A stretch of 64,000 nucleotides of DNA, from contig CAXMQZ010000025.1 of the NCBI GenBank assembly GCA_964195975.1, positions 8,123-72,122 on the forward strand, written 5' to 3'. The position numbers and the translations under genes were made by a program. The notes under the pieces are model-generated. The model saw nothing but the letters and a program-made list of their open reading frames with translations. It made no database searches and was not told the origin of the DNA. Shown here piece by piece: positions 44,136-52,736 of this stretch. Source of the stretch: an uncultured Polyangiaceae bacterium (GTDB lineage Bacteria; Acidobacteriota; Thermoanaerobaculia; Multivoradales; JAHEKO01). Each line of letters begins with the position of its first letter. The stretch's first letter is position 1.

Positions 44136-46439
44136 ATGGAATCCAGCCGTAGCTCCGGACGACAAGTGGCTCTCATGTTGGGAGCTCTGCTAGCGACGCC
44201 TTTTGTGTCGAGAGCTCTCCTCATCTACGAGACCGGTTCGGGGTTGGTCGCACAGGATCTTCGTGGGTTTCTCGCCGATCTGGGAATCGCTCTGCTGGCC
44301 TTGCCGCTGGTGTTGTTGGCAAGAAAGATCTCGCGTTGGCTCGGGGTGTTTTTTGTCTTGTTCTGGACTCTTGTTCATTGGCTCAACTTCGAAGTGGTCG
44401 CCGATCTTGGCTCGCTGGCGTCGGTGCTAGACCTCGAATTTCTGACCGACGAGACTTTCCTGGCGGGTTCGGCAACGAACATCTCCAGGCCGATGGTTCT
44501 GTCACTTCTATGCCTCGTCACGGCTGTCGTGGTTTGGCGAAGTAGAGGCGACTGGTCAATTCGCATCACCTTGGCAAGCCTGATCGTGGCGGGCGTCGTT
44601 TTGCTGGGCCAGAGTCTTTGGCTGACCTCGCAAGATGTGGCCGACTGGCGTCAAAACGACTTCATTCAGGCCAACATCATCTATCTGATGCGACCTGGGA
44701 CCGAAACGTCGAGCATTGTGAGTGATCCTCGCATTGCAATGCTCGACCTCGTACCCGAGATGGCAGCGGATCTCGACGGCGAACCGATCCTTCCTCTGCC
44801 GGGGGGCGCTAGAAACATTCTGTTGGTCATTGTCGAGGGACTTTCGGGAGCTTTCGTGCCGAGTCTGGCAGCAGATCATGATGTTCACGACCTTTTCGAG
44901 ATGCCGAATCTCGACCGACTTGCTACTTCGAATCTCAGCTACTCGAACTTCGTCAACCAGAATCGCAAGACCAACCGAGGCACTTTCACTCTCTTGTGCG
45001 GCGAGCCACCCAACCTGGTTCCGGGCACTCCAAAGATGACGCAGGTAGCGATGGTAGGTGGACGGATCTGCCTACCTCAGGTGCTGCACGACGCTGGGTT
45101 TGAGACGGCCTATCTTCAAGCAGCCCCTCTCGCATTCATGGTCAAGGATCAGTTTGCGGCCAAGGCAGGCTACGACCAGGTCTACGGCCTGACCCATTTC
45201 GACACCAAACGGGCTGCGGCGCACAGCAAGTGGGGTATCGATGACCTGTCGCTCTTCGAGCAGAGCCTGGAAGTGATCGACGAGCTCCGCGCAGCCGCAA
45301 AACCATGGTTTGCTTCGATTTTGACGGTAGGCACGCACCACCCCTATGTGCTTCCCGAGGATTCCTCCGATGGCAGTGGCGATGAGGCTGGGCGACGGCG
45401 AGCCGCCTTTATGCATGCCGATCGTGCGATCGGTTGGCTGGTCGAGGCGCTCGACAAACGGGGAATCCTCGAGGACACACTCGTTCTGATCACGTCGGAT
45501 GAGTCGAGAGGCGCTCTTCCAGGCGATCCAAAAGAAGGGCTACACATCGGTAACATCGCTCGACGGCTGACGGAGAACTGGGGAGTCCTTATCGCCATCC
45601 AGCCGGAGGAGAAGATCGAGCGAATCAAGGAGCCCTTCGCCCAGATGGATATTGCGCTCTCGGTCTTGGACTATCTCGGTCTATCTGAGCGAACCGGGAG
45701 CTTCTTTGGCAGGAGTGTATTTAGACGCTATCGAGAGGCGCGTTTCATACCTTTTGCCAACACGAATCTACTCAGGGCAGGTGCGATCGATTCGGCAGGG
45801 ACTCTCTTTGATTGCCGCATCACGACCAACGAATGCTCGAAGTGGCAGATAAGTAACAAAGCCTTCTTCGGCTCGGATCGGGTCCGACTCGAGTGGGATG
45901 AGGCGACGGATCAAATGGTGCTGGAGTTTGCCCGTCGGAGTCAGTCGGAGATCTCTGCGACCGAAGCCGATTACGAGATCGAGCTTTTGACACAAGCCCG
46001 CCAGCAAGTACAGGAGAGGCGAGTTCTTCACGGTGGTCCTCACATTACGCTGATGCCGGGACAATGGCTCGAGGTCGACATCGATGTCGAAGCGAGAGGC
46101 CCTGGCGGAGAGGTGTCGCTTCTTCACTACGTGAGGCAAACACGTGGTTGGGGTGCCATACAACAGGCCACACAAGAGAGTGATGATAAGAAAAAGTTCT
46201 ATTCCAATCGATTCAAGTTAGGCGACGGCGATCGTGTCCATATCAACTACACAATCGTCCCGGAGGGCGGTGGAAGAATGGATGGTATCAAAGCAGTGTC
46301 GGACGCTGCTGTCGCCGAAGGCCAGCCATTCGAGCTTATCTTCCACAGTGCGGTCATGAGAGTCCATGTCAGCGAAGACAGGCCGGAGCCGGTGTTTCAA
46401 CTTCGCGTGCAGAATCTCACTCGCTCACACAAACCGTAG
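44136..46439 (+). CDS. LTA synthase / phosphoglycerol transferase-like membrane protein (alkaline phosphatase superfamily)
   Basis: About five N-terminal TM helices, NILLVIVEGL, catalytic-Thr region KTNRG, WGIDD, TVGTHHPY, ITSDE. Confidence 0.78.
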   Translation: MESSRSSGRQVALMLGALLATPFVSRALLIYETGSGLVAQDLRGFLADLGIALLALPLVLLARKISRWLGVFFVLFWTLVHWLNFEVVADLGSLASVLDLEFLTDETFLAGSATNISRPMVLSLLCLVTAVVVWRSRGDWSIRITLASLIVAGVVLLGQSLWLTSQDVADWRQNDFIQANIIYLMRPGTETSSIVSDPRIAMLDLVPEMAADLDGEPILPLPGGARNILLVIVEGLSGAFVPSLAADHDVHDLFEMPNLDRLATSNLSYSNFVNQNRKTNRGTFTLLCGEPPNLVPGTPKMTQVAMVGGRICLPQVLHDAGFETAYLQAAPLAFMVKDQFAAKAGYDQVYGLTHFDTKRAAAHSKWGIDDLSLFEQSLEVIDELRAAAKPWFASILTVGTHHPYVLPEDSSDGSGDEAGRRRAAFMHADRAIGWLVEALDKRGILEDTLVLITSDESRGALPGDPKEGLHIGNIARRLTENWGVLIAIQPEEKIERIKEPFAQMDIALSVLDYLGLSERTGSFFGRSVFRRYREARFIPFANTNLLRAGAIDSAGTLFDCRITTNECSKWQISNKAFFGSDRVRLEWDEATDQMVLEFARRSQSEISATEADYEIELLTQARQQVQERRVLHGGPHITLMPGQWLEVDIDVEARGPGGEVSLLHYVRQTRGWGAIQQATQESDDKKKFYSNRFKLGDGDRVHINYTIVPEGGGRMDGIKAVSDAAVAEGQPFELIFHSAVMRVHVSEDRPEPVFQLRVQNLTRSHKP

Positions 46440-46531
46440 TTTCCCGTCCTAGACAGATGGGGCGAGTCGATCTGGTGCGGTGAGTGGGGTAGGGGAGCGA
46501 CGAGTCCCTGAGGCACGGGTGGAGGATTGGA

Positions 46532-46617
46532 TGGTGCCGAAGGGGGGATTCGAACCCCCACGGTATTGCTACCGGCGGATTTTGAGTCCGCTGCGTCTTC
46601 CATTCCGCCACTCCGGC
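46532..46617 (-). tRNA. tRNA-Leu (anticodon CAA)
   Basis: GCCGGAG TGGCGGAATGGAAGACGC A GCGGA CTCAAAA TCCGC, long variable arm, GGGGG TTCGAAT CCCCC CTTCGGC A CCA. Confidence 0.97.
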
Positions 46618-46801
46618 AGGTGTGGTGGCAGTTCAAGGTCCGGAAGGGCATCCTAGGGAGTCCAGCGAGCCTAGTCAATGGGCGGCTAGTCGGTTCAATG
46701 GGTTACTCGGTGGGGCAGACTCTGGATCATGCTCGAAAACAGATCGGCTGGCCGAAGTGTTACGAATCTTCCCAAGTCGAACTTTTTTTTGAACCGAGAG
46801 A

Positions 46802-46835
46802 TACCCTCCGGGGTACCAGATATACCCCTGGGGGG
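46802..46835. promoter_or_regulatory. CsoR/RcnR-type operator-like palindromes TACCC-N4-GGGTA and TACCCCTGGGGGG
   Basis: 46802-46815 and 46823-46835, abutting the carD -35 box. Confidence 0.45.
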
Positions 46836-46836
46836 C

Positions 46837-46865
46837 TTGACAAAATGCACAATTTCTTGTACTAT
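46837..46865 (+). promoter_or_regulatory. sigma70 promoter of carD: TTGACA-N17-TACTAT
   Basis: Consensus -35, 17-bp spacer, 4/6 -10 keeping the TA...T positions. Confidence 0.8.
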
Positions 46866-46934
46866 TTCTTTGCCTAAAGCATGCCGTTTAGGCACTAGAC
46901 AACTCAAGAAGACTGTCGCAAGGGAGGCAGCTAG

Positions 46935-47456
46935 GTGACTTTTAAGATTGGTCAGAAGGTCGTGTATCCCAACCATGGCGTGACCGTGGTGGAGAAGATT
47001 GAAAAAGGCTCGATTGCAGGGCTAGAGCAGACATACTACCACCTTCGACTTCTTTCGAATGACTCGAAGGTGATGGTTCCAAGGGAGAATCTGGATCTTG
47101 TCGGGCTGCGGCCGCTTTGCGCTACCGGGCAAATTCGTAGTCTTTTGACGATCCTACGGAATGGAAACATCGACACGTACAAAGACTGGAAGGGGCGATA
47201 CAAGCAGAACCTCGACAAGATGAAGACCGGTCAGCTGACCGAGGTAGCAAAAGTCTTGAAGAACCTTCGTCTTGTCAGCTCTAAGAAGAGTCTGTCGTTC
47301 CGCGAAAAGAAGATGTACGAACGGGCCAGATACTTCATCGTGAGCGAAGTTGCGCATGTGAAAAGAATAGATGAAGTGGAAGCCGAGAAGATCGTCGAGA
47401 AGGCACTCTCGTCTGCAATGCTAAAACAGCAGAGAGCGCACGAAGTGGCCTGCTGA
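46935..47456 (+). CDS. carD: CarD/CdnL family RNA polymerase-binding transcription factor
   Basis: F.IGQKVVYP.HGV, VMVP, GLRPL, conserved Trp (WKGRYK), LSF.E.KM..RA; GGGAGG SD. Confidence 0.93.
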   Translation: MTFKIGQKVVYPNHGVTVVEKIEKGSIAGLEQTYYHLRLLSNDSKVMVPRENLDLVGLRPLCATGQIRSLLTILRNGNIDTYKDWKGRYKQNLDKMKTGQLTEVAKVLKNLRLVSSKKSLSFREKKMYERARYFIVSEVAHVKRIDEVEAEKIVEKALSSAMLKQQRAHEVAC

Positions 47457-47483
47457 TCGAGCACCTGACTTTGGAGTAATCTT

Positions 47484-47514
47484 ACGGCCGCCCTACCAGG
47501 GCGGTCGTTTTCTT
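47484..47514 (+). terminator. Intrinsic terminator after carD
   Basis: ACGGCCGCCCT-ACC-AGGGCGGTCGT hairpin followed by TTTCTT. Confidence 0.75.
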
Positions 47515-47556
47515 GTTCGGCCAGTTCAAGGGCCAGTTCAACGAGGAAATAAGAGC

Positions 47557-49962
47557 TTGAACGTCGATGTCGCCGTACCCCTGCCGTTGCCGGGCCTTTT
47601 GACATATTCGGTCCCTGAGGGTCTTGAAGCACTAGCTGGAAACGGCGTGCGAGTCCGAGTACGGGTAGGTAAACGTCGGTTGATCGGTGTCGTTGTGGCC
47701 GAAGACGTGCGGGCGCCCGAGGGGGTCAAGACTCGACCGATCGACGCTGTTCTCGATGTCGACCCGATTCTGACCCGGGATTTGCTCGCTCTTGCCCGAC
47801 AGACCGCTGACTACTACCTCGCTCCGATCGGGGAGGTTGTCCGGTCGATGGTCCCTTCTGATCTGCCACACTGGGGAGATCAGAAGGTCTGGCTCTCGGA
47901 ATCAGCCCTGATGCTGCCGCCAGGGTCTTCCGAAGAAACTGCCATAATCGAGCATCTGACAAGTCGGGGTCGGGTGAAGATGACCGACCTGGTACGGGAT
48001 CTTTGCTTGCCCGATGCGCCGGCAGTGATCGCAAGCCTGAGAGAGTCCGGGCGAATTCAAGTACGCCAGGGGCGCAGAGATGGGGGCCGTTTTCAGACGG
48101 CTGTCGAGCTTGCCAAGGGCGATCGTTCAGATCTTCTCGAAAGATGTGGGCGGTCGAAGCAGGGGCGAGAGGTCGTTGAATTTCTTGCCGAGCTGTCCCG
48201 GCCTGCCACTGTCAGCGAAGTCTGTGAGTCGATCGGATGCGGCCCCTCTGTAGTCAGGAGGTTGGCTTCCCTCGGGGTGCTCCTCCGGTTTACCCAAATC
48301 GCCAAGCTGCCGTTGGCCCGGCATCGACTGTCCTCCGGACCGTCGGAGCCGATCTCGTTGAGACTCGATCAAGCTGCCGCTGCCGATGCCCTCCTCGAAG
48401 CGCTGATGATAGACGAGTACAAGACCTTTCTTCTTGCAGGCATTACGGGCTCGGGCAAGACCGAGGTCTATCTCCGAGCGGTGGACCGAGTCTTCGAGCA
48501 GGGCGGCTCTGCGATCATTTTGGTGCCTGAAATCGCCCTGGTGCCGGCTCTTGCAGGTGCGACCCGTAGTCGCTACGGGTCGGCGACGGCCCTGCTGCAC
48601 TCAGCATTGTCGAAATCAGAGCGCCATCAGGAATGGGAGCGGATTCGAAGTGGAGAGGCACGCGTCGTGGTGGGTCCCCGATCCGCAGTCTTTGCTCCCG
48701 TTGAAAATCTCAAGTTGATCATCGTCGATGAAGAGCAAGACCCTTCGTACAAGCAAGATCATGTGCCGCGCTACCATGGAAGAGACCTAGCCATTCTGAG
48801 AGCACATTGTTGCGGGTCGATCGCAGTTCTGGTTTCTGCGACGCCCAGTCTCGAGACTCGCCACAACGGCAAAATCGGAAAGTTCGAAGCCCTTTCTTTG
48901 ACCCGACGAGTCGGCAAGGCAGAGCTTCCTGAGGGGGTGTTGGTCGACCTGAGATCGGAGGCGCCACCGAGTCGACCCGGAGAGGTTCATTTCACCGATC
49001 CACTCAAAGAGTTGATCGCTTCGACTCTCGATGCGGGCGATCAAGCGATCCTGCTCAGAAACCGGCGTGGCTACTCACCCGTCTTGCTCTGTCGAGCTTG
49101 TGGCCACGATTTTCGGTGCGACGATTGTGGCCTTCCGAGGACCTACCATCTCAAGGACAAGCGGCTCTGTTGTCATTACTGTGGGGCTGTAGAGTCAGCT
49201 CCTGGAGTGTGTACCGAGTGCAATGAAGATGCGCTCGAGGCTATCGGTGCCGGTACCGAGAGAGTCGAGGAGAGGTTTCAAGAGCTGTTTCCCGGTGTGC
49301 CGGTTGGAGTGTTGGATCGAGACACCAGTCGGCGGGGTCTGGCTACTGCGGTCTTGGAGACCTTCGGGCGGGGCGATAGCCGAGTGCTGATTGGGACACA
49401 AATGGTGTCGAAGGGGCACCATTTTCCAGGTGTGGCGCTCACGGCGGTACTTCTGGCGGACACCTATTTGGGTTTTCCCGACTTTCGAGCGGTAGAAAAA
49501 ACCTACAACCTCCTGACCCAGCTTGCTGGACGTGCTGGCCGAGGTGACCGTCCTGGCAAAGTGGTTATTCAGACCTATCATCCAGAGCACTATGCGATTC
49601 AGGCGGCTCTCGCCCACGACGATTCTCGATTTGTAGCGGAGGAGATGCGATTCAGGCGGATGTTTCACTATCCTCCGTTTACCAGGATGGTGCAGCTGCT
49701 GCTGCGCGACTCCGACCGGAGTCGGGCAGCAAAATCGATGGGAATGATCAGTAGGGCACTCGAGTCGCACCCCCTCGCAAAGGGTGTCCGTATTTCCGGT
49801 CCGGCTCCCGCTCCCTTTGAGAGGCTTCGTGGCCGGTGGCGGTTCCAGCTTCTCCTCAGACATCCATCGGGAAATCGCCTCAGAAGTCTCCTGACCTCCG
49901 CCTTGCCGAAGTCGATCTCGGGCGATCTAGTCGTCGATGTCGACCCCTACGAGCTCCTCTAG
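47557..49962 (+). CDS. priA: Primosomal protein N'
   Basis: GITGSGKTEVY, LVPEIAL, DEEQ, SATPSLE, four CxxC pairs, GTQMVSKG, QLAGRAGR, DVDP. Confidence 0.96.
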   Translation: MNVDVAVPLPLPGLLTYSVPEGLEALAGNGVRVRVRVGKRRLIGVVVAEDVRAPEGVKTRPIDAVLDVDPILTRDLLALARQTADYYLAPIGEVVRSMVPSDLPHWGDQKVWLSESALMLPPGSSEETAIIEHLTSRGRVKMTDLVRDLCLPDAPAVIASLRESGRIQVRQGRRDGGRFQTAVELAKGDRSDLLERCGRSKQGREVVEFLAELSRPATVSEVCESIGCGPSVVRRLASLGVLLRFTQIAKLPLARHRLSSGPSEPISLRLDQAAAADALLEALMIDEYKTFLLAGITGSGKTEVYLRAVDRVFEQGGSAIILVPEIALVPALAGATRSRYGSATALLHSALSKSERHQEWERIRSGEARVVVGPRSAVFAPVENLKLIIVDEEQDPSYKQDHVPRYHGRDLAILRAHCCGSIAVLVSATPSLETRHNGKIGKFEALSLTRRVGKAELPEGVLVDLRSEAPPSRPGEVHFTDPLKELIASTLDAGDQAILLRNRRGYSPVLLCRACGHDFRCDDCGLPRTYHLKDKRLCCHYCGAVESAPGVCTECNEDALEAIGAGTERVEERFQELFPGVPVGVLDRDTSRRGLATAVLETFGRGDSRVLIGTQMVSKGHHFPGVALTAVLLADTYLGFPDFRAVEKTYNLLTQLAGRAGRGDRPGKVVIQTYHPEHYAIQAALAHDDSRFVAEEMRFRRMFHYPPFTRMVQLLLRDSDRSRAAKSMGMISRALESHPLAKGVRISGPAPAPFERLRGRWRFQLLLRHPSGNRLRSLLTSALPKSISGDLVVDVDPYELL

Positions 49963-50016
49963 AGAGATCTGAGTCGAGTTGTCGTTGGTTCCCGTAGCAA
50001 CTCGGCGGGTTCTCCG

Positions 50017-50046
50017 TTGACGGGTGTAAGAAGCGTCTGCTAGCGT
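50017..50046 (+). promoter_or_regulatory. Putative sigma70 promoter TTGACG-N18-TAGCGT (TG extended) for accA
   Basis: Hexamers at 50017-50022 and 50041-50046, 9 nt before the ATG. Confidence 0.4.
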
Positions 50047-50055
50047 GACAAGCTG

Positions 50056-51009
50056 ATGCCAACGATCGAAGTTCCCTTCGAAGAACCCATCGTCGAGTTG
50101 AGACGGCGACTGGAGGAGATGGAGGGCTACCCAGCCGGCAGCGGGCGACGAAAAGAGCTCGACAATCTGCGCTCGCAGCTTGTCAAAACGACTCGAGATG
50201 TTTATTCGAAGCTCTCACGCTGGGAGAAAACTCTCGTTGCACGACACTCGGAGAGACCCTACACGCTGGACTACGTCGCCTATCTGACCGAGGACTGGGT
50301 GGAAGTCCACGGCGACCGAGCTTTTGCGGATGATCCTGCCATCGTCGCTGGTTTCGCTACCTTTCGCGGTCGATCGATCGCTCTGATTGGCCACCAGAAG
50401 GGCCGGGGCACAAAGGGGCGTATCTACCGCAATTTTGGGCAGGCACGACCAGAGGGCTACCGAAAGGCTCTAAGGGTCATGAAGCTGGCTGAAAAGTTCG
50501 GTCTACCCGTCGTGACACTGGTGGATACACCTGGGGCCTATCCGGGGCTCGGTGCGGAAGAGAGAGGACAGGCCGAGGCGATCGCGCGCAATCTCATCGA
50601 GATGGCGGCACTTCGGGTTCCGATTGTGGTCATGATCACTGGAGAGGGAGGCAGTGGAGGAGCCCTGGCGCTCGGAGTGGGAGACCGTGTCTACATGCTC
50701 GAGTACGCGACCTACTCGGTCATCTCACCGGAAGGCTGTGCGGCGATTCTCTGGAAGGACCGGGAGATGCGCGGCGAAGCGGCTGAAGCCTTGCGGTTGA
50801 CAGCACCGGACCTTTTAGAGATGGGCCTTGTCGATGGTGTCATTCCAGAGCCGTTGGGGGCTGCTCATGTCGATCCGGAGGCGACGTGTATCAGCGTTGG
50901 AGACGCCATCGAGAAGGCCTTGAATGAGCTTTCAGAGCTTTCGGTAGACACTTTGATTCGACAAAGATACGAGCGGTTCAGAAAGCTCGGTGCGTTCGAA
51001 GAGTGCTAG
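50056..51009 (+). CDS. accA: Acetyl-CoA carboxylase carboxyltransferase subunit alpha
   Basis: ARH..RP..LDY, HGDR.F.DD.AI, PEGYRKALR, DTPGAYPG..AEERGQ, GEGGSGGAL, YSVISPEGCA.ILW. Confidence 0.97.
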   Translation: MPTIEVPFEEPIVELRRRLEEMEGYPAGSGRRKELDNLRSQLVKTTRDVYSKLSRWEKTLVARHSERPYTLDYVAYLTEDWVEVHGDRAFADDPAIVAGFATFRGRSIALIGHQKGRGTKGRIYRNFGQARPEGYRKALRVMKLAEKFGLPVVTLVDTPGAYPGLGAEERGQAEAIARNLIEMAALRVPIVVMITGEGGSGGALALGVGDRVYMLEYATYSVISPEGCAAILWKDREMRGEAAEALRLTAPDLLEMGLVDGVIPEPLGAAHVDPEATCISVGDAIEKALNELSELSVDTLIRQRYERFRKLGAFEEC

Positions 51010-51015
51010 CTCAGG

Positions 51016-52725
51016 ATGGTGGATGAGAAGACCCCCGTGCCGCGATGGCTGAAGGCACCGATTCCCGAATCTTCGGTCGACTTGGTTCAAGCCGGCTACT
51101 CCGAGTGGCTCGCCTCTGTACTCGCACGACGAGGTGTCCGCTCAGCCGACGATGCGGCTGCCTTTCTCAACCCCGGGTATTCCGATCTTCTTGATCCGGA
51201 ACGACTCGGAAGCCTTCCCCAAGCCGTCGACCGTTTGATCCAGGCTCGTACTTCCGGTCAGAGAGTTGCAGTGATCGGTGACTACGATGTGGATGGCATT
51301 TCAGCGACCGCTATCTTGCTGGCTGTATTTCGTCGCTGTGGGATCGAAACCGAGGCGATTTTGCCGAGCCGTTTCGAGGGTGGATACGGTTTTCAGCCTA
51401 TGCATGTAGAGCAAGCTATCGAGATCGGGTGTGAGTTGATCGTGACCGCGGACTGTGGCAGCACTGCTCTGGCGGCGGTCGACGCTGCGCGCGAGCGCGA
51501 TATCGACGTGATCGTGACCGATCACCATCTCAGCTCCGGTCCCCTGCCAAGCTGGGTGATCGAGATCAATCCAAAGCGGAAGGATTCGGACTATCCTTTT
51601 CAGGACCTTTCGGGTGCGGGTGTGGCCTTGAAGTTAGCAACTTCGCTGATGAGCCGGCTCGATATTCCGGTCAGCCAAGAGTCGCTTCTTAGAGTTGCTT
51701 GTCTTGGCACGATCTGCGATCTGGTACCTCTGTTGGGCGAAAACCGAGCTATCGTCTCTCTTGGGCTGGCCGCTCTTCCCGAAACCCGATCTCGTGGTCT
51801 GCGAGCCTTGATCGACAAGGCTGGACTCCGAGCCCCGTTCAGAGCTTCGGATATCGGATTCAGAATCGGACCGCGGATAAACGCCGCCGGAAGGTTGGCT
51901 GATCCCAGACCCGCTCTCGAACTGCTGATGACTCGCGATCAGGCGGTCGCAAACGAGGTCTCCGCTCAATTAGAAGAGCTCAATCGGAAGCGCCAGATCG
52001 AGGAGTCTCAGGTCGTGGAGGCGGCCGAGAAGGTCTTTCTCAGTCTTCCCGAGCTGCCACCGCTGTTGGTAGCCTGGGATGCAACCTGGCATCGAGGCGT
52101 GGTGGGCATCGCGGCGGGGCGAATTGCCCGACGGTTCCATCGCCCTACGATCCTGCTGAGTCTAGATCAGGGTCTGGCAACCGGTTCCGGGCGCAGTATT
52201 GCCGGGATTCACCTACATGAGTTCTTGTCCCGATGGGAGACTAGATATGAGCGGTTTGGCGGGCATGCCCAAGCGATAGGACTGACGATTGAAGAGAGTG
52301 ATCTCGAGGAGCTGGAGCAGGGGTGGCTAGTAGCTGCCAGGGAGGAGTGGCCCGACCAAAGCCTTGTCGAGAGGAAGGAATACGAGCTCGAGCTCACTCC
52401 TGACAAGCTCACCATGGCCTTCCTCAATGAGCTCGAACAGTTAGCGCCGTTTGGGATGGCCAATCGGCAACCAGTTATTCGAGTCGGTCCGCTCGAGCTA
52501 CAGAAGTCGGTACGCCGATTTGGACGCGGACATCTTTCGGCTCTGGCCAAAGGGGAAGACGGATCCTCCGTCAGTCTATTGGGTTGGGGTTGGCAAGAGA
52601 GGATCGATGACCTTTCGGAGACGTTCGAAGCTCTAGGCTGTCTCGAGCTCGACAACTACCGAAGACAACCAACACTCCGTCTCATTGATGCCCGACCCTG
52701 GAGTGCGTCGTCAAGGTCGGCGTAG
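51016..52725 (+). CDS. recJ: Single-stranded DNA-specific exonuclease
   Basis: GDYDVDG, TADCG, TDHH, GT..D.VPL.GENR, PRINAAGR, GSGRS, FGGH, PFG..N. Confidence 0.95.
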   Translation: MVDEKTPVPRWLKAPIPESSVDLVQAGYSEWLASVLARRGVRSADDAAAFLNPGYSDLLDPERLGSLPQAVDRLIQARTSGQRVAVIGDYDVDGISATAILLAVFRRCGIETEAILPSRFEGGYGFQPMHVEQAIEIGCELIVTADCGSTALAAVDAARERDIDVIVTDHHLSSGPLPSWVIEINPKRKDSDYPFQDLSGAGVALKLATSLMSRLDIPVSQESLLRVACLGTICDLVPLLGENRAIVSLGLAALPETRSRGLRALIDKAGLRAPFRASDIGFRIGPRINAAGRLADPRPALELLMTRDQAVANEVSAQLEELNRKRQIEESQVVEAAEKVFLSLPELPPLLVAWDATWHRGVVGIAAGRIARRFHRPTILLSLDQGLATGSGRSIAGIHLHEFLSRWETRYERFGGHAQAIGLTIEESDLEELEQGWLVAAREEWPDQSLVERKEYELELTPDKLTMAFLNELEQLAPFGMANRQPVIRVGPLELQKSVRRFGRGHLSALAKGEDGSSVSLLGWGWQERIDDLSETFEALGCLELDNYRRQPTLRLIDARPWSASSRSA

Positions 52726-52736
52726 AATCAACGACG

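Noticed and set aside
46440-46617. tRNA-Leu as the integration site of an island
   Set aside because: No integrase, and I saw no duplicate of the tRNA 3' end elsewhere in the window; only short TTCGAA-type matches occur.
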